28,954 nt of DNA from positions 1 through 28,954 of IMG/VR virus record IMGVR_UViG_3300021142_000137; one strand, 5' to 3'. The notes below the pieces were generated by a model. That model saw only the letters and a program-made list of their open reading frames with translations. It made no database searches and was not told the origin of the DNA. This document shows, in pieces, positions 1-7,184 of the stretch; within the stretch, counting starts at the first letter, position 1, and each line of letters opens with the position of its first letter. Made by a program: the position numbers and the translations under genes. Source of the DNA: a virus. Lineage: Duplodnaviria; Caudoviricetes.

Positions 1-61
1 ACTAATTTTGGACAAATCCACGTTTTTATTTGCTAATCAACTGTAAAGAACTGGATTGTTA

Positions 62-385
62 ATGGATGCAGCAACCGCAGTAGTAACTATATCTTCCGGA
101 CTAGCTATAGCGGGTTCCGTAGGCGGAGTAGCTAGATGGTATGTAAAGCAGCACTCAGTAGAGTCTCTTAAAGAGTACTTGGAGGAGCTAAAGCCTAATC
201 ATGGCGGCTCACTAAATGACGCTGTAAAGCTGGAGATACTTCCTATCATCAAGAGCGTCAAAGAAGACATCAAAGAGATTAAAGAAGACGTAAAAGAACT
301 TCGCACCCATCAGATAGAGATTGTTAAAGACCTTTCTAGATTAGAAGGCAGGGTTCAATCTCACATCGAGGAACCCCGTAAATAA
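62..385 (+). CDS. Small membrane protein (N-terminal TM helix + coiled coil), probable lysis-cassette/holin-associated protein
   Basis: Hydrophobic AATAVVTISSGLAIAGSVGGVARW, then ELKPNHGGSLNDAV (resembles the PN.GSSLRDAV motif of actinophage membrane proteins) and a heptad-rich tail. ATG at 62 preferred over TTG at 56. Confidence 0.6.
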   Translation: MDAATAVVTISSGLAIAGSVGGVARWYVKQHSVESLKEYLEELKPNHGGSLNDAVKLEILPIIKSVKEDIKEIKEDVKELRTHQIEIVKDLSRLEGRVQSHIEEPRK

Positions 386-394
386 GGAGAGACA

Positions 395-868
395 ATGTAC
401 GAACCTCGTATAGGCGATTACGGAGTAGTAAAGACTAACGGGTTCTTTGGGTTGTTAATCCGCATTGGCACCACCAGCCGTTGGAACCACGCCATAGTCT
501 ACGTAGGTGACGGCAGGGCCGTTAGTGCTGATCCTACAGGCGTAAAGCTTGTAAACATTGCCGACTATAAAGACATTGCTTGGAACAGACACGAGCAGCT
601 GACTGATGAGCAACGCGAGCACATTGCAAAGAATGCTCTGTCCTTTGTTGGCCGTCCTTATGACTTCTTTACTATCGCCCTTCTTGCGCTAAGAATCTTG
701 GGTCTTAAGTTAAACCTACCTTTGTTTACTTACCTGGCCAAGAAAGATGGCTTTATCTGCTCAGAGCTTGTTGCTGAGGCCTATGACAAAGCAGGGGTTG
801 CTCTACTGAATAAGCCCGACTATCTGATTGTCCCAGGAGATCTAGCAGAGAGGTTGATCTACCAGTGA
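395..868 (+). CDS. Permuted papain-like NlpC/P60 amidase (YiiX/YebB, peptidase C92-like)
   Basis: His before Cys: WNHAIVY ... GRPYDF ... FICSELVAEAY ... IVPGDL. SD AAGGAG upstream. Confidence 0.85.
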   Translation: MYEPRIGDYGVVKTNGFFGLLIRIGTTSRWNHAIVYVGDGRAVSADPTGVKLVNIADYKDIAWNRHEQLTDEQREHIAKNALSFVGRPYDFFTIALLALRILGLKLNLPLFTYLAKKDGFICSELVAEAYDKAGVALLNKPDYLIVPGDLAERLIYQ

Positions 869-1305
869 CAGACGCCCACAAGCAGATGATGAATCTACAT
901 CTGGCTGTTTCTATTCCAGAGCATGAGCCGCGCGAGAGTGACCCTCACTACCACCTGTTTAATCAGGCTAAGGCCAAGATCAAAAAGGCCGGCTTGTGGA
1001 AGTGCGCTATAAACGATGACCTCTGCTCTGGTGAGCCGGAGCTACATCACAGCCATATTGAGTTCTCTCAAGTAAACAATATGGACCCGCATAAGGTTGA
1101 ACAGGCCTTTGGTACCCACTTTGCTACAGACGAAGAGTTCCAAGAGTGGATCGAGAGCCCAGGAAACCTGGAGGTCTTGTGCATGGCGCATCATAGAACT
1201 CGCTACGGTATCCACGAGATTCCTGCCCCTTTATGGGAAACATTTAGATACCGCAGAGCTAACACAGATGCTGCGGCAGAGGTTATAAAGGAGGACAGCA
1301 AGTGA
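865..1305 (+). CDS. HNH-like (His-Me finger) protein with an insertion
   Basis: CAINDDLC..ELHH ... NLEVLCMAHHR...GIH pattern. GTGA overlaps with both neighbouring genes. Confidence 0.55.
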   Translation: MTDAHKQMMNLHLAVSIPEHEPRESDPHYHLFNQAKAKIKKAGLWKCAINDDLCSGEPELHHSHIEFSQVNNMDPHKVEQAFGTHFATDEEFQEWIESPGNLEVLCMAHHRTRYGIHEIPAPLWETFRYRRANTDAAAEVIKEDSK

Positions 1306-2177
1306 CTGCAGGCGTTGATATTGTTAACATTGCTCGTACTCAAATAGGTTTTGTAGAAGGCGCTAACAACGAGAACCCATATGGAACTTGGTATGGAGTA
1401 CCTAACCAGTCTTACTGCGCTATGGGTATTAGCTGGTGTTTTGCACAGGCTAATGCGTCCCACCTAGTCGCGGCTCAGACACCTAAAGGATTTTCTTACT
1501 GTCCAGACGGGCTGACCTGGTTCCAAAAGAATAAGCAAGTAGTAGACAAGTACTCTGCACTTCCTGGAGACCTTGTGTTCTTTTCTTGGTCTGGGAATGG
1601 GGTAGCAGATCACGTAGAGATCGTAGAGGCCGCTTCTAAAGACGGTCTAACCACTATTGGGTTCAATACTGGTCCTGAATCCTACACTGGCAATCAGGCT
1701 AACGGAGATGGCTGCTATCGCCGTCATCGCCCATACCTTTATGTGCTAGCTATTGTGCGACCAGCCTACACAGCAAGCTCAACCCCAGCTAAATCAAATG
1801 GAACTAGCAAACCTTTAGCAATAGGTGTTGCTGGTGCTACCGCTCTTACTGGTGGAGGAGCGGCTGCAATCCATAGTGCGACAACCAACACCCCAGCACC
1901 TATCCCTACAACTAAGCCGACTGTCATAGTCGCGCCACCATTCCCAGGATCATCGGTGTTTAAGGTGGGGGCTAAGGGTAACGTTGAGTTAGTAGTTGCT
2001 AAGGCACTAGCAAACGCTGGGCTTATGCCTGCCAACCTAGTTACAAATGTACTAACCGAAGAAGAGATTGCTCTTATACCTGTTTATCAAGGAATGTACC
2101 CAGGACTTAAGGCGTCTAAGGGTAAAGGTGTTGATCTAGCAACGTACACATCTATGGTAGCAAAGGCTAACGAATGA
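1302..2177 (+). CDS. Endolysin: N-terminal CHAP domain, hydrophobic/Pro-Thr linker, degenerate peptidoglycan-binding-like C-terminus
   Basis: ARTQIGFVEG..NENPYGTWYG...YCAMGISWCF, PGDLVFFSW, DHVEIVE, TIGFNT; C-terminal PFPG...FKVGAKG. SD GGAGG upstream. Confidence 0.85.
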   Translation: MTAGVDIVNIARTQIGFVEGANNENPYGTWYGVPNQSYCAMGISWCFAQANASHLVAAQTPKGFSYCPDGLTWFQKNKQVVDKYSALPGDLVFFSWSGNGVADHVEIVEAASKDGLTTIGFNTGPESYTGNQANGDGCYRRHRPYLYVLAIVRPAYTASSTPAKSNGTSKPLAIGVAGATALTGGGAAAIHSATTNTPAPIPTTKPTVIVAPPFPGSSVFKVGAKGNVELVVAKALANAGLMPANLVTNVLTEEEIALIPVYQGMYPGLKASKGKGVDLATYTSMVAKANE

Positions 2178-2500
2178 AAACTTTTCAGAAGATGTCTGAT
2201 TGGGCCTCTGTAGCCTTTGGTTCACCGTGGTTTCTTATCTTCCACCTTATCTTTTGGTCTATCTGGATGACCTTTGCTGTCTTTGATCCATACCCATTTA
2301 ACCTACTGACCCTAACTGTTTCCCTGGAGTCCATCCTGCTTTCGGGCCTATTACTGAACGCGACTAACCGTTCTGGGGACGAAGACAGGCGTATTATTAC
2401 TAAAGACCTTAAATTAGACCAGGAGACCCATAACCATATTGAGGAGCTCCGTAGGCATATGAGAGAAGTATTGGAGCATCTTCGTGGGGATCAAGCTTAA
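2174..2500 (+). CDS. DUF1003-like two-TM membrane protein
   Basis: FGSPWFLIFHLIFWSIW..FDPYPFNLLTLTVSLESILLS matches the DUF1003 DPYPF.LL.L..S..A pattern. ATGA overlap with the endolysin gene. Confidence 0.8.
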   Translation: MKTFQKMSDWASVAFGSPWFLIFHLIFWSIWMTFAVFDPYPFNLLTLTVSLESILLSGLLLNATNRSGDEDRRIITKDLKLDQETHNHIEELRRHMREVLEHLRGDQA

Positions 2501-2711
2501 CTTCAGCAGCCCGGTCCATGTGGCTTTTGGCGGAACAGCCGCCCTAGGCACCTGGGCGGCTACAGGATATTCTACTGAACCAAAACACCTTGTAGCCGTT
2601 GCATTGGCGGGCTTTGGTGGTGTAGCATCGCATACTGAGAGCTCAGCTAAACCAAACGTTCAGGCAGACTCTCATATCATAACGCCATACGCGAATAACA
2701 TAGAGGAGTAA
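2484..2711 (+). CDS. Small two-TM holin-like protein
   Basis: Two Gly/Ala-rich hydrophobic segments. GTG start preceded by GGAG (2473-2476). Lies in the lysis cluster. Confidence 0.5.
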   Translation: MGIKLNFSSPVHVAFGGTAALGTWAATGYSTEPKHLVAVALAGFGGVASHTESSAKPNVQADSHIITPYANNIEE

Positions 2712-2713
2712 TA

Positions 2714-2902
2714 ATGAACGCAAAGACAAAGGCGCTCTTCGAGCACTACGTCATCTCAACAGTCGTTGCTGGAGTAGCCATCTGGCAGGGCGGCAATCAT
2801 CACCTAAAGCAGGTTGCATGGGCAGCTGTAGTCGGTGTTTTTGGTCCTGTACTTAAGGGTGCTTACGAGCACTTCAATACGCCAGCAACACCAGCAAAGT
2901 AA
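2714..2902 (+). CDS. Small two-TM holin-like protein
   Basis: YVISTVVAGVAIW and VAWAAVVGVFGPVLK helices; strong SD GAGGAG; followed by a terminator. Confidence 0.6.
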   Translation: MNAKTKALFEHYVISTVVAGVAIWQGGNHHLKQVAWAAVVGVFGPVLKGAYEHFNTPATPAK

Positions 2903-2915
2903 GCTTTTAAGCATT

Positions 2916-2942
2916 AAGGGCGCTCTACGGGGCGCCCTTTTT
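2916..2942 (+). terminator. Intrinsic terminator ending the lysis operon
   Basis: AAGGGCGCTC-TACG-GGGCGCCCTT stem with a C(UACG)G tetraloop, running into a T tract. Confidence 0.85.
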
Positions 2943-2950
2943 GCTATACT
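2942..2950 (+). promoter_or_regulatory. Extended -10 promoter element (TGCTATACT)
   Basis: TGn-TATACT directly after the terminator and upstream of the SD AGGAGG and ATG at 2974. Confidence 0.6.
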
Positions 2951-2973
2951 ACTGTAGATCTTAGGAGGATTAC

Positions 2974-3204
2974 ATGGCAATCAAATGCGATAACTGCAGT
3001 AACTCAGCTTCATACACAACGGCTGATCCTGGAGTAAACCCGGTTCACTACTGCACATCTTGCCTACCTGCCTGGTTGTATGACCGCGCTAACTCGGGGC
3101 ACTTCCCTCTTATGGAAACTATTGCAGAACCTACTGTAGAAACTCCTGTAGAAGACAAGCCAAAGAAGAAAGCCGCACCAAAGAGCTCTGACGTTCAGGA
3201 GTAG
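2974..3204 (+). CDS. Small Zn-finger-like protein
   Basis: CDNC ... HYCTSC; Lys-rich low-complexity tail; SD AGGAGG. Confidence 0.65.
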   Translation: MAIKCDNCSNSASYTTADPGVNPVHYCTSCLPAWLYDRANSGHFPLMETIAEPTVETPVEDKPKKKAAPKSSDVQE

Positions 3205-3206
3205 TC

Positions 3207-3548
3207 ATGGGAATTGACTACGAGGTTTTTGGCGCTTACACGCCTAGAAGCCGTGAGGTTGACTACGAGTTAGACTTAGTTGCGCCTCATTTAATAACAC
3301 GAATTGATGCTCCACAGGCGCACCCAGTACCAGATAAAGTTACTCATGCTTACGGGCCGTTCTCACCAGAACTACTAAGAGAACCTGAGATAGTTATTGC
3401 TACCCCAGCCTTTAACGAGGACGGCTCTGACTTCCCACTAGGAGCCACCTCACAAAATAACTTTAAGCCGCCTAGATACCTGAGGTGCGGAGCGTGTATG
3501 GTTCGTGTACTAGAGACAGAGACCGCCGATCATGTATGTGAGGAATAA
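3207..3548 (+). CDS. Hypothetical protein with C-terminal CxxC...HxC zinc-binding motif
   Basis: RCGAC ... DHVC; tightly coupled to neighbours (TAATG overlap with the next gene). Confidence 0.6.
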   Translation: MGIDYEVFGAYTPRSREVDYELDLVAPHLITRIDAPQAHPVPDKVTHAYGPFSPELLREPEIVIATPAFNEDGSDFPLGATSQNNFKPPRYLRCGACMVRVLETETADHVCEE

Positions 3549-4039
3549 TGGGTAGAAAAGCAGCGCCGTTAAATCCGGATGACTTCTTTAAGACCCAGCG
3601 GTCTAATGAATCTGTAAAAGAGTACCTATCAAAGCCTGAAGAGGTAGATGTTGATATTGACATCGCCATCCCTAATGATGTGACCAACGTCGGGTTTGAG
3701 ACCACTACGGCACCTACACAGAAGCCATCTAGACCACGAGCGCTAACCATTGCGTATAACCCAAACACCAAGACTGTGTACATAGTGTTTAGAACTAATC
3801 ACTGGCATCAATATAACGATGTCTCTACTGAGATCTGGCTTGGATTAAAGAACAGCGCATCTACTAATGACTATCTACCCACTTTAGAGTCGGCTTGCTC
3901 TTCTCACGAACCTGCTCAGTTAAGGACGCTATCAGCGGGCACTGTGGCTAGACTAAGCGACTCATCTGCACGAGCCTCATCTATTCAGCGGGGAGACCTG
4001 CGTAACTGGGGAGCTTTTGACTTTTTCAAGGAGAACTAA
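3548..4039 (+). CDS. KTSC-like domain protein
   Basis: IAYNPNTKTVYIVFRTNHWHQYNDVSTEIWLGLKNSASTNDYL fits the KTSC pattern (Y.....L...F......Y..V....W..L..A.S.G.Y). Confidence 0.7.
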   Translation: MGRKAAPLNPDDFFKTQRSNESVKEYLSKPEEVDVDIDIAIPNDVTNVGFETTTAPTQKPSRPRALTIAYNPNTKTVYIVFRTNHWHQYNDVSTEIWLGLKNSASTNDYLPTLESACSSHEPAQLRTLSAGTVARLSDSSARASSIQRGDLRNWGAFDFFKEN

Positions 4040-4339
4040 ATGAAATCATACGGACCACTATACGGCGGAAAGCTAAAGTACTGGCATAGACATCTACTAC
4101 CGGTTATTGAGGTAGGAACAACTCAGGAGACTGACCGCCCTTACAGACTAGGTAAGTGCTTAGTATTCCGCTTCCCATTTACTCACCCAGGGTTTTATCT
4201 GGGGGTATGGTTTAAGAAGCCAAACATCGACCTAGATGACGAAGACTCTATTGACGCGCTACTATTCAGGACTATGCGAGGCCGAAACGCTTGGAGGCCT
4301 CAGGACGGACTATTTGATGAAACTTTTTTCTCGGAATAA
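4040..4339 (+). CDS. Hypothetical phage protein
   Basis: ATG directly after the previous stop; SD AAGGAG. Confidence 0.7.
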   Translation: MKSYGPLYGGKLKYWHRHLLPVIEVGTTQETDRPYRLGKCLVFRFPFTHPGFYLGVWFKKPNIDLDDEDSIDALLFRTMRGRNAWRPQDGLFDETFFSE

Positions 4340-4562
4340 GGTCTGGGACAAGCCATTCTCTGAGAAAGTATCTAAGAGAGTAACAAGACTACAAACTGCT
4401 GAGATTGAGGGTTGGTTAGACCAATCCATATATGAGGTAGGCCGTTGCCTCTCTATGTACCAGCGCAGTAGGGATGACATCTACTTAGATGAGGCTTTAA
4501 AGGGCGCAGAGGCTCTTCACGCTATGGTGGATCAACTTAGAAAGCGTACGCCACGCCGCTAA
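4317..4562 (+). CDS. Hypothetical helical protein upstream of terminase
   Basis: In frame with the 4236 ORF. ATG at 4317 gives a short overlap with the previous gene and is more plausible than 4236. Confidence 0.6.
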   Translation: MKLFSRNKVWDKPFSEKVSKRVTRLQTAEIEGWLDQSIYEVGRCLSMYQRSRDDIYLDEALKGAEALHAMVDQLRKRTPRR

Positions 4563-4566
4563 ACTC

Positions 4567-4604
4567 ATTTGTCGACAAATAGACATTTATGCTATTATTG
4601 TCTA
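4567..4604 (+). promoter_or_regulatory. Promoter/operator upstream of the candidate sRNA and terminase
   Basis: -35-like TTGTCG (4569-4574, inside the palindrome ATTTGTCGACAAAT), 18-bp spacer, extended -10 TGCTATTAT. The 23-mer at 4582-4604 recurs at 7143-7165. Confidence 0.7.
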
Positions 4605-4671
4605 CGCCTCTCTTCCTCTCCCCGTAGATGGCGCAAAGAGCCTGGGTTTAACGACTTAGGCTCTTTGTTTT
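4605..4671 (+). ncRNA. Candidate small RNA or attenuator leader (CU-rich loop + terminator)
   Basis: Starts about 6 nt after the -10; hairpin with loop CTTCCTCTCCCCGT followed by a terminator hairpin and T tract. Confidence 0.45.
4634..4671 (+). terminator. Intrinsic terminator between the promoter and the terminase start
   Basis: 14-bp stem CAAAGAGCCTGGGT/ACTTAGGCTCTTTG (2 G-U pairs), loop TTAACG, then TTTT. Confidence 0.75.
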
Positions 4672-4691
4672 AAAATAAACTAAAGGTTTAT

Positions 4692-6275
4692 ATGGACCAA
4701 CTAATTGATGATGAAGACGACGAGTTCTACCCCGATGAAATAGAGGGCGATGAGCCCGAGATAGAAGACGAAGAGGTTGAGCTTGATGAGCTCTCCCGTG
4801 CTTTTGTCAACAAGCTTGTTGACCGCTGCATTCAATTCCAGACTGCCCTTGTAGGTCATGAGCTTCACCCTTATCAAATGCCGCTTGCCCGCCGCATTAT
4901 TGAGTCCGTCATTATTAATGACAGCGAAGAAATCACAGCTTTAGCAGCTCGTCAGAGTGGTAAGTCAGAGACTATTGCTAATACTGTGGCTACCCTAATG
5001 GTCTTACTCCCACGCCTAGCAAAGATGTACCCAGACCTCCTTGGTAAGTTTAAAGACGGCATTATGATCGGTATGTTTGCACCTGTTGAGGGACAGGTTG
5101 AAACTCTATTTGGACGTACAGTAAACCGCCTTACCTCTGAGCGAGCTTTAGAGATCCTAGGTGATCCTGAGATTGATGACAGCGTAGGCCGTGTGGCAGG
5201 TGTTACCCGCCAGATTAAGCTAAAGAACTCTGGCTCATCTCTAATGATGATGACCGCTAACCCACGTGCAAAGATTGAATCTAAGTCCTTCCATCTTATT
5301 GTTATTGATGAGTGCCAAGAAGCTGATGACTTTGTAGTATCTAAGTCAATTGCTCCTATGCTTGCGTACTACGCGGGAACTATGGTTAAAACTGGCACCC
5401 CAAATACCCACAAGAACAACTTCTACAACAGCATCATGCTTAACAAGCGTAGGCAGACCAGCAGAACCAAACGCCAAAACCATTTTGAATGGACTTGGCG
5501 AGATGTGGTTAAGGTCAACGCTAACTATGAGAAGCACATTAAGCGTGAGAAGCTGCGCATTGGCGAAGACTCAGATGAGTTTCAAATGTCGTACAACTGC
5601 AAGTGGCTTCTTGAGCGCGGTATGTTCGTTACCTCAACCACCATGGATAAGCTTGGCGACACCTCTATGGAAATTCAACGCGCCTGGCATAGAACTCCAG
5701 TAGTTGTTGGTATTGATCCAGCCCGTAAGATTGACTCTACAGTAGTAACTGTTGTCTGGGTTGACTGGGATCGCCCAGATGAGTTTGGCTATTTTGACCA
5801 TAGAGTGCTTAATTGGTTAGAGCTGCAAGGGGATGACTGGGAGGACCAATACTTCCAGATAGTAAAGTTCTTAGAGAACTACAACGTTATGTATGTTGGC
5901 GTAGATGCTAATGGTGTTGGTGACGCGGTTGCCCAGCGCCTAAAGCTTCTGCTTCCTAGGGCAGAGGTATTTGCCGTAGGTAGTAGCCAGCCTGAGCAAT
6001 CTAAACGCTGGAAGCACTTAAAAGCGCTTATGGACCGCGAGCTCATTAGTTGGCCTGCCCACGCTAAGACAAGAAAGCTTCGTAGTTACCGCCGATTTCG
6101 TCAGCAGTTAGAGGATCTAGAGACCAAGTTTACTGGTCCTAACTTCCTAGCTAAAGCGCCAGACGAAGCCCACGCGCACGATGACTACGCAGACTCGTTG
6201 GCTATCGCCTGTTCTTTAACCATCGAAATGACGATGCCACAGATTGAAGTTTCATCCAGTCCGTTTTTTAGATAA
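4692..6275 (+). CDS. terL: Terminase large subunit
   Basis: Q-motif LHPYQ, Walker A AARQSGKS, Walker B LIVIDECQ, coupling motif TGTP, RNase H-like VGIDPA and HDDYADS; acidic N-terminal extension. Confidence 0.95.
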   Translation: MDQLIDDEDDEFYPDEIEGDEPEIEDEEVELDELSRAFVNKLVDRCIQFQTALVGHELHPYQMPLARRIIESVIINDSEEITALAARQSGKSETIANTVATLMVLLPRLAKMYPDLLGKFKDGIMIGMFAPVEGQVETLFGRTVNRLTSERALEILGDPEIDDSVGRVAGVTRQIKLKNSGSSLMMMTANPRAKIESKSFHLIVIDECQEADDFVVSKSIAPMLAYYAGTMVKTGTPNTHKNNFYNSIMLNKRRQTSRTKRQNHFEWTWRDVVKVNANYEKHIKREKLRIGEDSDEFQMSYNCKWLLERGMFVTSTTMDKLGDTSMEIQRAWHRTPVVVGIDPARKIDSTVVTVVWVDWDRPDEFGYFDHRVLNWLELQGDDWEDQYFQIVKFLENYNVMYVGVDANGVGDAVAQRLKLLLPRAEVFAVGSSQPEQSKRWKHLKALMDRELISWPAHAKTRKLRSYRRFRQQLEDLETKFTGPNFLAKAPDEAHAHDDYADSLAIACSLTIEMTMPQIEVSSSPFFR

Positions 6276-6349
6276 GACTTTAGGCTGACTGTAGCTACTT
6301 TCTGTAGCACACTTTTACTGAGGTCCTCAACCTAATATAGGAGTAAATA

Positions 6350-6748
6350 ATGGCAATTGCACCAGATCCAAAGTTCCCAGAACGTCCTGGCACTGTCTAC
6401 GACCGCAAAGTCTCACCAGCAACCCCTGGTCAGCGCGGCCCACTTCGTTTTGAAGAAGGCATTGCAACAGATACAGACGTCCCACAGGAATTCACAAAGG
6501 GCGCTATGCAGGGATACGTTCCTGCAGCAGGTCGTCCAAACCGTAATCAGAATGTATTTGAGAAGCTTCCAGAAGAGACAATGCGTGAGCGCGCTCACGT
6601 TGGTTCTGCTGCATGGGTAGAAGCTCCAGATCATCTTAAGGAATTTGCTGCTGGTGGTTTTGCAGACCACGGTGACAACCGCATTGAGGAAGCATTCCGC
6701 AGCGGTGGTCCACAGAAGGCTGGCAATCCTGCAGTCGTCCACGACTAA
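6350..6748 (+). CDS. Hypothetical protein between terminase and portal (possibly virion-associated)
   Basis: SD AGGAG; codon usage resembles the capsid gene (GCA, CCA, GGT, CGT); followed by a strong hairpin. Confidence 0.75.
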   Translation: MAIAPDPKFPERPGTVYDRKVSPATPGQRGPLRFEEGIATDTDVPQEFTKGAMQGYVPAAGRPNRNQNVFEKLPEETMRERAHVGSAAWVEAPDHLKEFAAGGFADHGDNRIEEAFRSGGPQKAGNPAVVHD

Positions 6749-6754
6749 GAAATA

Positions 6755-6797
6755 AGTAAGTCATCCCTGCCTCACTAACGGGGCAGGGCTGGTTACT
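6755..6797 (+). terminator. GC-rich hairpin without U tract (terminator or mRNA-stabilising stem)
   Basis: CCCTGCCTC-ACTAAC-GGGGCAGGG core extended by AGTAA/TTACT. Confidence 0.55.
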
Positions 6798-6812
6798 ATC
6801 TAAGGATGATTA

Positions 6813-7121
6813 ATGGCGTTAATTACAGGTAAAGAAGTAAAAAAGGGTCCTAAGCAGATCCCTGCAAATCAAAAGCTTTGGAACATGCTTACTACTCAAG
6901 CGCGCTCTAAGTTCCGCACATACCCTTCTCCTGCAGCTGCCCACTGGGTTCACTCCCGCTACGTTCAACTGGGTGGCAAGTTTGTAACGTCTGAGAAAGA
7001 CGTAGATCCACGCTTCCGCGATTACGCTAAAGAAGCGCAGGATAAAAAAGAAAAAGAACAAAAGAAGGTAGTAACTAAGCCGGTAGGCCAGAACCTCATT
7101 AGAGGCGAACGTTTCCGCTGA
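6813..7121 (+). CDS. Basic hypothetical protein
   Basis: ANQKLW...ARSKFRTYPSPAAAHWV..RY..LGG; Lys-rich; SD AAGGA. Confidence 0.7.
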   Translation: MALITGKEVKKGPKQIPANQKLWNMLTTQARSKFRTYPSPAAAHWVHSRYVQLGGKFVTSEKDVDPRFRDYAKEAQDKKEKEQKKVVTKPVGQNLIRGERFR

Positions 7122-7127
7122 GTGTCG

Positions 7128-7165
7128 TTTTGTACATAAGTCGACATTTATGTTAGTATTGTCTA
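7128..7165 (+). promoter_or_regulatory. Promoter/operator upstream of the portal gene
   Basis: TTGTAC (7130-7135), 18-bp spacer, extended -10 TGTTAGTAT; 7143-7165 is 21/23 identical to 4582-4604. Confidence 0.7.
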
Positions 7166-7184
7166 AAGTTGAAAGAGGTGAGCA

